Positions 1 through 13,828 of a stretch of 64,000 bases of DNA are shown piece after piece. Each line of letters starts with the position of its first letter. Within the stretch, counting starts at the first letter, position 1. Made by a program: the position numbers and the translations under genes. The stretch comes from Kudoa neothunni (taxonomy: Eukaryota; Animalia; Cnidaria). The DNA lies in NCBI GenBank assembly GCA_964304625.1, contig OZ199839.1, positions 1,676,093 to 1,740,092 of the forward strand, read 5' to 3'. The notes under the pieces are model-generated. The model did not search any database. It saw only the letters and a list, made by a program, of their open reading frames with translations, and was not told the DNA's origin.

Positions 1-714
1 TGTTTACATCCAACAAAAATTTGATTCGATTTTGACACACTGGATTGCGACATATGCTTGGTTGAGTGTATTTGAATTGTTGAGATACATCGGAAGTTGT
101 GGTTTGACAATCTGCACACACAAACGTTCCCAATACCAACTCTGGATGAACTGGATGAGTTCGCACTACCTGACCTGTTATTCTCAATAACATTCCTATT
201 TTATCGGATGATAGTTCTCGAATTCTTAAATATCATATATCAATACCAACCTAACATAGCTTCTAAACCTACCTATAACGAGTTGGATAATCAACAAAAC
301 TGACAAACACTTCTTTATCTTCAGAAACGTTGAACATTTCTTTCAAAATAAGCTTAATTGTGTTGCAAAGATACGGCAAAACTCTAAATAAAAATAAAAT
401 TTATGAATTTACTACTTATAGAAGCAACCTCAAATATTCCATGTGAATAAAATTCGATAAAACTTCGTTGTATTGTTGGATATCGGAAAAACTCACTACA
501 AGGGTGTGATTTTCGGAGTTTTTCAAGTTTTCCAATAATTCCACATATTTCTTTGAGTCCGATTGCTCAAACCTGTGTTAACGATAATATGATAGAGCTT
601 GTTATTTAAAAAAGTAGGGTGCTACTCTAGGAGAAATTCCCGAAATACTAACGATACTCGTTCACAAAACTCATCTTTCACTATCACATTAGGAACGTTT
701 GGCTGAATAACCAT
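1..714 (-). CDS. MCM6: DNA replication licensing factor MCM6, 5' part (spliced, runs off window start)
   Basis: Spliced translation across three ~45-55 nt GT-AG introns: [30 protein letters not shown]...[41 protein letters not shown]...[27 protein letters not shown]. This matches the MCM6 N-terminal/zinc-finger signature ([21 protein letters not shown]). Confidence 0.96.
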
Positions 715-3240
715 GATTGATACAAACCACCGTCAAAAAATGCGCTCTAGTTTTCCTGGCGACTATATCCGACATAATCACCGGGAACATATTGGTTGCA
801 TTCTCAGATTAAATCAATATCCTAACAAATTTGTATTACTTTATGTTTCGTTCATTGGATATTTAAAGATTTCACAATGTTATCTTTATTTGTATATTCT
901 ATAGTTAATTTCAATTTTTGTAATTTTATTTGATTCTAAACAGGAAACATGAATAATAATTAGATTATTGGAGATTAAAACTAAGTACAATTGTAGTTCA
1001 TTAAAAAATATTTTAGAAGCGTTCATTAGTTACGTACTAGTCATGTATTAACAAAAAATAATAAAATGATAGTTTGGTTTTTTTATTGGAAATATAGTTT
1101 GTAATATTTCAAATTTCTTTATGTGATGTATATAAAAGATTATTTATTTATAGTTATAAATTTGGATTACAATTATAGTTGTTTTTGAAAGACTAATTTC
1201 GGTATTTAAAGATAATAATATCTTTTTATTTAAAACTAAATTAACATCACTACTTAAACTCTCTTTGATTTGATACTTGAGAATTTTACTAACGTTGTAC
1301 CTTCGCAGGCGGCTTTATTCGTAGATTCATGATTCATAAAATCTCCACCTTTTTGATATATTTTATTTGTTTATTAATTTAGTTAATTAAACGATTTCAC
1401 TCATTTCTAGTAATTGATAATCATTATTGAATAATCAAGGCTGGGTAGAATCATTTGTCATTTCAAGCGTTCCTCAAATGGTTGTGTTCTTCGTTATTTT
1501 ATAAACCAACAAGATTTTATAAGTTTTTGAAATATAAAAAGTGGTTTAATTTATTTCAATATAAATATTATTTAAATTTAAACAAATTTCTTGGCTTGAA
1601 GAATATTCCATATGATAGTCTTTTGTCGTGGGTTTTATACTGTATTATGTGGAATCAAATAATTAGATTTTCTTTTTATCTTTATTTAACAAAATAGGAC
1701 CCTATACCCTATATATGATGACGTGGATTTTATATTTAACTGTGAAGAATAAATATAAACTATTATAGAAAAAGAATGAATTTAAAGATAAAAAAAATGA
1801 TTTATTTAATTTACGAAACTATTATTTCAAATTACTTTCAACTTATATGGATTTGAAATGTATTTATTTATTTTCTTTAAGTTAAATAAATTTCATTACG
1901 TAATTATAACTAATTTTTCTTTAGTTATTAAAAAGATTTTTTGCATAGAATATCTCTGTATATAAGAAAATCATATTTATCTATTTAACTTTTTCAATGT
2001 TTTCTATTAGGTTAATTAAAATAAGAGTAAATATAAATTATTTTGAATGATAATTTATTGATATGGTAATTATTAAAAAATGCATTAAGAAAAGACTAAG
2101 AATAATAGAATCAAATTAAATATTTTAGATGTGTTATCAAAGTTAAATAGTCTAAAATAATATTTGAAAATTTTAGTAACAATGTCAATGTGACTTCTCC
2201 TACTCCCAGCTAGGATAGAGACTCGATCTTGCATCTTTACCGCACATATTTAATGAAAACCATAGTGTAGACATATCTTAAAAATTTATCATGAATCAGA
2301 TGTCATCTAACTTCTTGAAGATTATATATGATCGTCATTTGCAATTTTATAAAACAGGAACGAGCCATCCAATCATCTGGAGGGAGGCATTGTAACAATG
2401 ATCATTACCGCAATGTCGGAGGTTTCCAAAGATAATATATCCTGTCTAATGAATTAATTAAACACGAAAATTTATATTTTTTAATATGATCACATTAAAA
2501 TTTGACTAAACATTAACTAAAAAATAAACAACTATATTATATTTAAAATATATTCACTATTTTTTAAACCTTATTCTAAGCCATTATAATTGAAATTTTC
2601 TTATATTTATCGAACGTAAAAATTCACAATCATTCCCTATCGATTTACTTTTTTTACAGAGAACCTCTTGTTCTTTAGAGAAATAAAAATCTATTTATTG
2701 ATTCATCTAATTATATGTAAAATATTTAATGATAGTTAGCACATTTTCTATCGAAATTATCGAAATATAGGCATATATTATTCAAAATATGTGGAAATTT
2801 TCGCTGATATTTTATCGTTTTCTTACAAAGCTTAAAGTAGAAATCTATCCAGAAGTATTCCCCACATAAAATAATGATTTACGGATATTTTAATGGTCAA
2901 TCATATTGAGAACAACGTAGTTTATGGCATCGAAAATCATTCGGAAATTATTTAATAGTTAGATAAAACCTCATTGAGTTGCAATTAATCAATCTAATCT
3001 AGTCACCAATCAATTGCTACTCTTATGGGTTTATCAATGTGCCATTGTAAATTTTCTAACTGACTTGCGAAAATTTCATGTATGCTTTAGTTAGCGGCAA
3101 CGTTTTTAACCTTTTCGCGCCTAAATTTTTATTTATCGATTGAAAAATATATAAATTTAAATAAGTAATTTTAAATGAAAAACGATGTATATTTTCTTAA
3201 AATACATCCCAACATTTCGTAATAATGGGTACTAAATGCT

Positions 3241-4109
3241 GTCCCGTATACTGGACATCCGGCATTAGTGGACCGGCATTTGTGAGCATGATAAAAATCG
3301 AAAGAGTTTGCATAAAGAATAAAAAAAGTTTATAAAATATAAATTACTTTTTATTACAAATATAGAAATAATTCCCACAATTAAAAGACGACATGAAACA
3401 TTACATTTCTAACATACTATTTGGGATGTTCTTCCGCAAATTTTGCGTCCTTTTGGAAATGAAGTTACTTCAGGGAAATAAATTACATCATCAAATTTTA
3501 CTTGATTGGTAATAAAATATATTTGTTTTGTGGTAATTTTATATTTTCGTCGGTATCGTTTAGAATGAGATTAATATTGGAGCGACCTCGTGTACCAGTT
3601 TGTATGGATAATTAATTTTTCTATGAATTAACTCACAAATTAAGTATGTAAAGGATAGCAGATCAAAAGTTTTGGTTCTCGTGATATCGCGTATCGATTT
3701 GAACCGACAACAATCAATTCTAGCAGTTTATCATCGTATAATCTATTAAAATAATCGATGGGATGAGTTAACCCGTCTAACTTTTTAATATTGTCGTTAT
3801 TGTTGGATAAATCTTTTGGAAAACCTACTTTGTTTAAGGAATTTTTCCATTTGGTTCCTGAATTAATTCCGGAATCAATCTCGATCTCAGAATCATCTGA
3901 TGACACATTCTTTTCCTTTCATATTTGATGCTATAGTCATTGGATCGTCGTCAGAATACGTATCTGGTTCAGATATGTCAGTGTCACATATAACAACGAT
4001 TTCTGAAAGTTCTTTTCCTTTTCAATCATTATTCGTCCTAATGTCATGATCCATTTGATTGATCCCAATCCAATCCACCTGTGCCGGATGTCCAGTATAC
4101 GGACGGGGG
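3241..4109 (-). mobile_element. Internally deleted piggyBac element
   Basis: Inverted repeats gtcccgtatactggacatccggca (3241) / tgccggatgtccagtatacggac (4082); right end GGGGG|TTAA. Minus-strand remnants: transposase N-terminus (HPIDYFNRLYDDKLLELIVVGSNRYA, ORF 3640-3906) and a decayed C-terminal Cys-rich region near 3400-3500; catalytic core absent. Confidence 0.8.
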
Positions 4110-4247
4110 TTAAACATTGTATAATTTCAAAAATCATGAGACCGATTCGTTTATAAATCTATTGATTTAATGAAATTAATTATTCACACTATGCTAAGTC
4201 ATGAACCCTCTAGTTGTTATGATCAAATTCTTTTGAATGCTCTAATG

Positions 4248-5733
4248 CAGTGTTTCCCTACAGGGGGTGTGAAGAGCCATCATTGGCGGTGCAAGAGTAA
4301 TTTAAGAATAAATTTAAAAATTAATCTTAGTTTATTCACTTTTTATTTTTGTTAGTCCCCGTTTATATCATGTAAGGACGTAATGCATACAATAATATTT
4401 CTGGTTGTTTAGATATCAATCAGTTTCGACTCAAAAATAGTATTTGATAATTTATTTAGTTTATACTGTTTGATTCTACGAAATAGCGCAGTAAGATAAT
4501 AGTTTATATTAAGCCTGTTCAGCCTACAAAATCTAACTATCGCTATTTTCATGTGAAATCGTAACTTTGTTATCTTTCAATATGACATATTTATATGCTT
4601 AAGCTGTAATTAGGTTGTCAGCATTTTTATCTCCTTAGAAATAATCTATATCCATAAAAATAAAACCACGATGTAATTTTAACCTTGTCTTCTGTCCAAA
4701 TTTGAGATCCATCATATAATTGTGTAGTTTTTATTATGTCACGTTTCAAGTTTTACTTTTGAATTTGTACCTTGCCTCTGATATAAATCTAGGTTAAATT
4801 GTTCTTTAAAGTATAGGTAAAACAAGGATCAAAACATTCATTTACACACATAAATAAATGAACTCCACTTTTAACAATATATATTAGTTATTTTTATTCA
4901 AGTATATTTAGAATGCATACTTTATGAATCTATTGAATTTTTATTAACCCACTGCCTCAAAATTTAGGTTAACATATAATCCAATATAGAACAAGAAAAT
5001 CGCTAAATTTATTCAGCACAAGGTAACATATGAAACAAGCTTATAGACTTCATTGTATACAAATAATAATAAGTATTGTAATTCATTAAACCTCGAAAAC
5101 GATTTTATGTTTCATAGTCCAACAAAATGTCCTGCTCTGAATTACTTATGAAAACGTAGCGAGAGCGAGAGAATCGCCAGATCAAATAAATACTAACTAT
5201 CAACTGATTTTGAAATAATGTTTCTTGTGAACTATATGAATTGGCTTATTTAATTTTCACCTTTAAATACAGAACTTATTAAGCGACCGTATTATTTATA
5301 GTTTAGTATTACTCTTATTTATTTTTTGCGTCTAATATTGCGGAATAATTTTAACGTAATTTATTAGAATTATTTATTACTTTACATAAAAATGGTGTCT
5401 ATAAAACAGGAATGATTAATAACTTCAATCATTGAGTGTTAAGTCATGAGTAGTGAAAAGATAATGTTCATCCTTTTTCAAGTATACATAGTAAATTGAG
5501 TTAACAAATACAATTTGGGTCTAATTTAGTTTAGAAGTAATTGGGAAAATATAAAGTTCAAATATAAACTAAAATCATAAAAATTATAATTTCAAGACAT
5601 TTTTCATTGGTATTATTATTTTCGCATATAAAAAAAATATAATCGGGTCTTGACATTCACATGGAGGGGGGGAGTGTGAAGTGAGCGCTGAAAATAGGAT
5701 GGGGTGTGGGTGTAAAATTTGTAGGGAACGCTG
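4248..5733. mobile_element. hAT/Charlie-type non-autonomous element (MITE)
   Basis: Terminal inverted repeats cagtgtttccctaca / tgtagggaacgctg with G-rich subterminal tracts; the 8-bp TSD is degraded. Confidence 0.55.
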
Positions 5734-6662
5734 CCTTAAAACATGCTGAAATCAAAGCGTAAAATTTATGCATCCAATACATTCAAGTGAAATCAAAAGG
5801 CAAGTCTCTTTCGAATATGCAGGTATTAATAATTTAATGCATGTAATTAACACATAATAATCTTTGTGAAATATTCCACAATGTAATACATAAATAAAAA
5901 ACATTATTACTGATTTCTCTTTCTAATATAAAATTTTGTTTTAAATATAACGAATAATAGGAAAATGTTATTTTATTTTAAGGAACTTATTATTATTTTC
6001 CATAAGATACCGGATGAAATAATAACTTTTAAAGTTATCCGTATGTTGAAAATTAAACTTGATTGTATCAAGGTAAATTTTGATATATTTTTGGACGAGT
6101 AGAAGAATATTTTTTATTGTTTTTTTTTTCTGTTTGTAGATAATTAAATGATAAGAAATTCCATTATTGTTGGCGTCAAACTTATGAATTGAAAAATGAA
6201 CTCTATCATCAATATTTTATTTATTAGATTTATCAGGTTGGTCGTCCTGAATTAAATTAGTTGTATTCATTGATTTTATTATTTCGTCTGAATTCTTCGA
6301 TCACAGGTCTCGATTAAGCATACAAATGTGTATAAATAATAAAGTTTGTCGATATAATATCTATAGATTAGCTGGACAACATTATTTTTAATCACAATGA
6401 AACATATATGAACTTAAAAAATATTGATTCTATTATATTTTACAATAACGTTGTCTAGGCCAACTTGTTCAATTAAACTATCAAATCAGAGAAACTATCC
6501 AAAAGCTGGGTTAATAATACGAACTGAACTTTATAATTATCTTTGTATTTCCTCCTCACATTTCAGATATGAGATTTTTGATTTCTTGATAAGATAACCT
6601 TGTATATAATAAATAGAAAAGATTTGTCAATTTTAGGAAGAAAAATTTTCAGTATGTTAAGA

Positions 6663-7677
6663 ATGATCGCCGCATTGATTCTTTTATTTTGTACGTCTTT
6701 GTTTGGGTATAGTAATATAGAGTATTTAGGTTCAATTTTAAATAAAATTGAATCAAGTATTACAGGTCGTGATTCCCAAGTAATAATATTTCATTGAATA
6801 TATATTATTTCATTTTTTAGGAAAATTATCGTCTCCATTATAATGACCTCAATGAAGAATCTAAATCCAGACTAATAAGTTACGTCCGGGATTTTACAGC
6901 ATTCTATAACGAAACAATTGGATTCAGAGTCAATTATAACTTAAATATTGAATCTTATATAATTTCATAGGAAGTATATACTTCACAAACGCAGTGGGTG
7001 ATTGATCAATTCGTCAATAACATAAGAATTCACGATTATTACTGTGAGAATCGGGGAAACTGTACTAATAAAAGAGGTAAATATGTAGAATTAACTTTTT
7101 CTCTTTTTTTAGATATATTAATAATTATTAAATGACTCTGTAAGATTTATAAATTTATTTATTATAAAAAATACTTCATTTTAATAAAATCTATTGATAC
7201 TTATTTTAAAAAATATTTTTAGTTAATCTAACGGAAGAAGAAATCAAGTGTGCAGGATGTGCAGTAATAACAGTCTATTATTTAGAATTCTTAGTTTTAA
7301 GAATCATAGTGCTTGAGCAAAGTTTTAAAGTTCTATAACGGAAATAACGTGTCCAAAGATATTTTATTGATTAAATGTATGAGGGGCTCCAATGGAATTT
7401 GGGAAAGAAGATTGGTAGTCAATTTTTAAAATAATACATATCCATATTTTTGCACTTTTCTAGTGTTTTAATTTCAGTTTATCAATCGCCGGTATCTATC
7501 ATCATTTGAATATTGACAACGATTACACATTCTATTGCAATGGTGTGCTATGCAATAGCGATATCTTGCATCATCTAACATTTATTCATGAACTCCATCC
7601 TTCTCAAATTACAAGGTAAAACCATTACCACAAATATAATAACAACATATTACCGTAGGGATATCAATAGAAACTAA
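6663..7677 (+). CDS. Spliced, probably secreted Cys-rich orphan protein with a three-finger (Ly6/uPAR or activin-receptor ectodomain)-like C-terminal domain
   Basis: About 8 exons joined by short GT-AG introns give MIAALILLFCSILNKIESSITGRDSQENYRLHY...HDYYCENRGNCTNKRVNLTEEEIKCAGCACLSKVLKFYNG...LIKCMRGSNGIWERRLCFNFSLS...TFYCNGVLCNSD...RDINRN*. Hydrophobic N-terminus, 9 Cys in the C-terminal half ending in a CxxxxCN motif. Confidence 0.6.
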
Positions 7678-8639
7678 AGCCAGCTATTCTCAAATATTTA
7701 AATTGATCTTACGTGGCAATCTAAATTTTTGAGCTTCCGCCCATTTAAGGTCACATTTTTCGCATAAATCAAAATTAGAAAAATCATATTTAGTTTATTC
7801 ATAATGCTGTTTTCTTTTATTAGCGGAAGAAATTAATTTTTTGATTAAAACATGTTTTTTTATTCTCACAATGGCATAAATTTGCTTAAGGTCGCATTTA
7901 TTATTCAAAGCAAATCAGTTTTTCTCAACTTAATACTAATATCATATCTCCAAGAGATAGAAAGTCCACTGTGATATGGATCAATGCAAAGAAAAGTTTC
8001 AAATGTGATCACATTATTTATCTTTTTAATGCTGATGTGATCATTAATTGAATTTATACCATAAAATCTTATACTAAGGTCTTTACAAATAACTATAATT
8101 TTTAATAACTTAATTAAATTTAGTATATATCAATCTTTCCGTTTTTAATTGAACTAAATAAAATCTGGAACAAGCGTCATTATAAAATTTAATAAAATGT
8201 GATCAGAATGTCAAAAAAGTAGGTTTTAAAATATCATATGTCAGGGTATTTAAAATTACAAAACAGCTGTAATTGAGTAATAATTTTAACAATATTAACA
8301 AAAATTTAAAAAAAAATCTATTAATTTTAGAATTGGAAAAATTATAAAACTCCTTATGTAGTAATAGATCGTATATTCTTAAGCTTAAATTTGTTACTGT
8401 TTTCTATTTATTCATTCTGGCCATCATAGTTAATCATTAATGCATGGGGCCATAGACGCTCATGGAGTCCACCTGAATTAGATTTGATCATTATGTGGAT
8501 AATCCCCTAATCCCAATCAAAGTTCACTGTTGGTCTAATATTCAAGAAAGTTAAAAATCAAAACTAAAATAATGAGAATAATTAAAGTTATGATCACAAT
8601 TTAAACATCTGAAGGTCTTGGTTGAATATTTACAGCTTA

Positions 8640-9650
8640 TACAATTCCGCCAATGATGACGAACATGCTTGTTTCAATGTATTGTGGTAATGGGACAGAT
8701 AAAACAGTAAATTTGTTATTGCCGTTGCTCTAATATATTTCAGAACAATATTTGTCAAATTTATATTGAACGCCTTAGAGCTGTTTTGAATGAACTTTTT
8801 GGATTTATAAATTTCCTCTCTTGTTCATGTTTGATCAATAATGTAAACAGCTGGGTGGGGAATTTCCGGAGTCGGTTATATTTTTTGTTATCAAAATATG
8901 TAGAAATTTTTCGGCATAATCTACAAAGGTGTCGAATGTTGACATATCTGAAATTTGGCAAACGGCCATCATCTACATTTTTTCAACGAATACATAGAGA
9001 CATACTTGTCCAACGTAGCGAACCTGCATTGTTTTCAAGAAATCCAGGAAAGATTCCGTTATAGCGTACAGCGTAATAGTAAGGATTTATGTTTGAAAAA
9101 CGATATTTTGAAGATAGAATTGAAAAAAATTTATAGATTCTGGAAACGTGAAATTAGACAAAAACATTATGATAACCGAACAACGAGAATATTCAATCAC
9201 CGATTTATTCAATATGAATTCTGATGGACTATAAGTTTAACATTTATTAATTGTGCCAATTATCAATTTTGATCCTCATTTTAAATATTCAGAAAATTTT
9301 TAAGATGTAAAATGATTGTTTAATGCGTTATTTCAGCCTGAATCTTCCAGATGGTGCGCCAAATTAACGACACAAATATTTCCTATCTTTCTTGATGAAA
9401 TTAATAAAAAATTATAATTTAAATATCGGAAAATGATTATATTTCCAAACAAAAATTTTTTCTGCGAAATGTTGAATTTGCTTGTATAACGTTGGTATTT
9501 TTTCCAAAAACACAAGAAATGTACTTCAACTCCTCGATCAACGCAGAGCGTATCATTAATTCTTTGAAGACCAATCACAAAAAATGAATTTACTCATATT
9601 AATATGGAAAACTTTTAATTTTAAAACCTTACAAAACGTTTGGAGAAAAA
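8640..9650 (+). pseudogene. Possible heavily decayed hAT-type transposase relic
   Basis: Broken frames weakly resemble the hAT TRW region (LKFGKRPSSTFFQRIHRDILVQRSEPALF) and the dimerisation motif (NSSINAERIINSLK). No convincing TIRs. Confidence 0.25.
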
Positions 9651-10036
9651 TGATTCAATTTAATAGGTGGTTTGAATGGTTTAATCATGAGACGAGCTCT
9701 AAAAGCCAATGGGGGCCTATTAACCAATTTAGTTACGATTTTTTAATTGAAGTAAAATTTGTGTACAAATAATATATTTTGTTATAATTAGTAATGATAA
9801 CTAAAACTTGTTATTATTAACGGTGAAAACTTAATTTAATTTAAATTTTGAAAAGGAAACCGTAACCCTTAATGCAGTTCCCAACATTTTTTCACACTCC
9901 ATCGTTGGAGCTAGGAAATTTTGGAATATTTAATGCACCGCTCTGGTAGGATGCAGAAAATCCTGAGTTTTGGTGGGACACGGATAATGATGAGATTATT
10001 GGGCAGTGTGACGCACTTCGAAGTCACTATCGCGAT

Positions 10037-10474
10037 GCCGAGTACAGATAGCACATCGATGTGACACTCAGACTCAGAACCATGAGGTAATGAATTCGAA
10101 TTCGCCGGTGGTCAGACTACTGCTTCCGTGTCGTTGGGTCACTATCCCATATTTGGGAGCTGTGGTTAAAGTGTACGCTCGCTGTGGAATGAGGTGTAGT
10201 AGCAGCCGAATTCGCATGAATAGGAGTTTGAATCTTCGGAACCCCTCGAACGGCAAGTAATTTGCAGCCCTTAAAGGGATAGGGTTTGGGGTGGTGATCG
10301 CCATGTGAAGAGGATGTTTAGTGGATTAAAGTCCCACATTACCGCATAAAGATAAGGGGCGGGGTTTCATGTTACGTCCTGCGGTGCCTAAAGCGTTAAT
10401 GGAAGAGGTCTGACAAACCAGAATTCCACAATCCAATAAATTGCGCCAGGGGTTTTACCTTGAAAACAAAAAAA
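10037..10474 (+). mobile_element. tRNA-derived SINE with A-rich tail and 11-bp target-site duplication
   Basis: GC-richer island flanked by the exact direct repeat actatcgcgat (10026-10036 and 10475-10485). 5' head has degenerate Pol III A box (tagcacatcga) and B box (aattcgaattc); ends ttttaccttgaaaacaaaaaaa. Confidence 0.8.
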
Positions 10475-11676
10475 ACTATCGCGATTTTCAATATCGCCTA
10501 TTTTTAATTGACGATTGAAATTATAAAAAAATATAAAAAACAATGACTAATTATTTAAAAATTAATAATACTATTTAATGTTCCTTCATCCAAATAGAAT
10601 CAGAATGGTTTGAATCTCAATCATGTTTCATTTAGAACTGTATAACCCCATTTTTGATTAAACCTACCATAATATTGATTAATATTATATTAATATTATT
10701 TATTTTCCGTTTATTAGTCTTGTATACACGAAAGTTTAGTTTAATGCGAGTAAGGTTACAACGAATTTCACATAACGCTGCTTATGACGGAATGAAGAAC
10801 TAAATATGTTAATTTTTAAGGTCTATCAATAAATTAAGTTAGATCTGATTGGATACATTTTAATTTTGGTGAGAAAAGAAATATATATTAATTTCTTTCC
10901 AGTTTTAACGTTATAAGGATATTTATTAAAATTTATAAACATTATAGGTTAAAAATCAATACTTTGGAAGAGGATGGGGAACAGATCTTTTTTTTCAAGA
11001 AAAAGTGAGTGCGATAGAGAAAAGATTGCGAAACATTACCTTATTAAATAAAGATTTAAATGTAAAATTCAATTCATCACATGCAACATGTGCAACGATT
11101 TTCAAATTCCATCATTGGGGCGTAAAGTATAATTTGTAACAATAAAATACGTGAACGAATGATCATTGCAACTTTGCAAATGAAAGATGCAAACTGACTG
11201 ATAATATACAATCAGTCGTCTTTCATTAATCTTAAAACTGTACCAAAATATGTATTCCTTAGTACTATTACACTAACCAAATGTATGAGACTCTCAATTT
11301 TTCCATATTCATAAACATTTATCTCGCATTTATATTCAATAAAATTAACTTTTTACTTATTTAAATGACCAATTTGTTATATTATCGATAAATCATAAAT
11401 AAATATTAATTCTATTTGTAATAGATATTGGAAAATATTTAGTTATATATTTATTTTATTTATGATGACATAAAGTATGGAAAAGTTTCTCAAAACCGTT
11501 AAAAAATAAAAGAGATAAAAAATCAATAATTAAAGGAATAATGGGTGTCAACCTCAACGTATTAGGTATTGGTTAGCTAGGAGTTCAACAAATAAACAAT
11601 TATAATTCAATTACTCTCATATAATTATATTACCCTTAATTCATGAAAATTTATAAAAATTAAAATTTTAAGTTAT

Positions 11677-13587
11677 CCTTCTGCGCGCCTCAAAATTTAC
11701 TATACACATTATGCTTTTTGGAGTCTATTTGACCCCACGTTTTTATTTCGTCATTAAAGGCGGAAATTATTTTTAAGCTCATATGTCAATTTGGAAAAAA
11801 TTCTATCGATGAATTTAGACACTATTGTAAAAACATGACATAACGACTATATACGAGAGGGATTAATATGCCAACAGTAGAATTAAATGTGTATTAAAGT
11901 TGGTTCGTTCCAGTCTTATGTAATAATCATTGTTTTTTATTCACAAAATAAATTGATTTCAACATGCTATTGATGGTTTAATATATATCATTTGTAAGCG
12001 TGCTGAATGGTTTTTTATAAAATATAGCAGAAATTCTAATGATACTGTTAATTGTTTACGCATATTATTAATTCGGCTTTTCGTTCGAAACGCATCCTAT
12101 TATTATCCATAAAAATAGACATATTAAATTAACAAATTTGATACAATTGATTAATGGTTCAAACGAATCTGAAGATGTTTACGACAACACAAATTTCATT
12201 CGATATTTACTTTACGTTAGCTAAGATAAAATAACAGAAAAGCACAATCATAACACATTAAATGTTATTTTCTTTTGATAAATCAACTCCGAGAAACTGA
12301 GAGATTTTTACAACAAGGCCCTAAACAAAGAATGTTCGAATTCGTTGTTTTTCGATCATTGTTTTTAGGTATGACACAAAATATAAAACAACATTTTCTC
12401 TAAAAAATTTAGCTTGTTGGTTATTATGTTTACCCAGAGAGACAGAAGTATTACGGTAAAAGGTATTTGGTGTGTTAACAAACCAGAATAATTTGATTCT
12501 ATAGACTGTCGGTGTATAAGGCGTGTATTGTGTGGAAGGATATTTCCTTCTAAAAGCAATCAACTGTTCATCAGCTGTTAAATTTTCGCAGGGTATTAGG
12601 CAAATAGGAAGAATTTGTTCACACTTATCGAATATTTCTCGAAGTTGGCAAAAGTCATCAGTTTGTTATTTCGGTTGAGTTTGCATAATAACCAAAAGGA
12701 AGAGTCCTCATAATTTCAATCAATTTTCTCAAAAGCATGACATTTTGAAATATTTCTCGATTTTTATCTTTATTTCAAAAAATTTTCAAATATCCCAATT
12801 GAGATTTCAATATTATCATATAAATCAATACACCTATGTAGGCCCAAAATGTTTGATTCAAAAACTATTTCCAGCAACAACTGTAATGATATAGACCAAA
12901 TGTATTTGTATTCCATATTAAGGTTTCATAAACGCCACCACGAAAATGTATATCAGGGCATTTCGCAAATTCCTGTATTCTACGAGTTAAACAAGTGGTA
13001 ACACCAGGGGTAGCGTTCATAATATTTTCTTTGCACACTTTGAGGTTTTTATAATTTCAGTGGAACACATTACGCCATTTTTGTAGGAATATATATTAGG
13101 AGAGTCAACATCACTATCATAGAATTCGAAATGTTCTGAAAAGTTGTGATTACATTGTAATATATTAATGGATTTGTTGTCATCGCTTTCGTAATTTTCA
13201 TAGTTTATACATCCGTGGAGCTCGTATTTCTAGAGATGTGCTCGGTATTTCTAGCAGAATATTGCCGATACTTGATTACTTATTTTCTCTTAATTTGTAC
13301 GATAGAATCTGCTGCTTTAATTTTGACACGATGTATAAAATAATTTTTACCATTGTTTAAGCTTATAAAATTATGAGGTCTAATAGACCCAAAAAAGCAT
13401 CAAGTGGGCTAAAGTATATTTATTTCCCTAATAACTTAAATATTTTTAAAAAATAACTGAATATAAAATTTATGTGTATATTTTAGGAGAATACACGGGA
13501 TATAAATCGTGTTTGATTCCAACAAGTGCAACAATTTCTTATCACAAAATGTTTTGGGGTCTATCAGACCCCAAAATGCTCAGAAGG
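11677..13587 (-). mobile_element. Decayed piggyBac element with transposase pseudogene
   Basis: Ends ttat|ccttctgcgc ... gctcagaagg|ttga (mutated TTAA). Repeated subterminal gggtctannagaccc-like motif at ~11720, ~13377 and ~13557. Minus-strand IPCENLTADEQLIAFRRKYPSTQYTPYTPTVYRIKLFWFV corresponds to the piggyBac DEQLxxFRGRCPFxQYIPSKPxKYGIK motif. Confidence 0.85.
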
Positions 13588-13828
13588 TTGATATTACAAA
13601 AGTAATGCACAACGACCGGATGCATCTAACGCGCACGCAACTATTTATATGAATTTACTATCTTTAGTCTGAGTTATTTACTCACCATAAAAATTAATTT
13701 TTGTTTAAATTATTGTTTTTCAATTTTTTTCTATAGCAAAAATGCAATATGTTGACCTTAAAAAATTTACCTAAATCTGCTCCAAGTACAGTCACGTGTA
13801 ATTGCGATCTGTCCTTTTTGGAAGTATT

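Noticed and set aside
7960-8045. Possible SECIS element downstream of the Cys-rich gene
   Set aside because: A GTGA...AAA...TGAT spacing exists, but the intervening helix does not base-pair.
10037-10115. Functional tRNA gene
   Set aside because: A and B boxes are degenerate, there is no clean cloverleaf, and it is the head of a TSD-flanked SINE.
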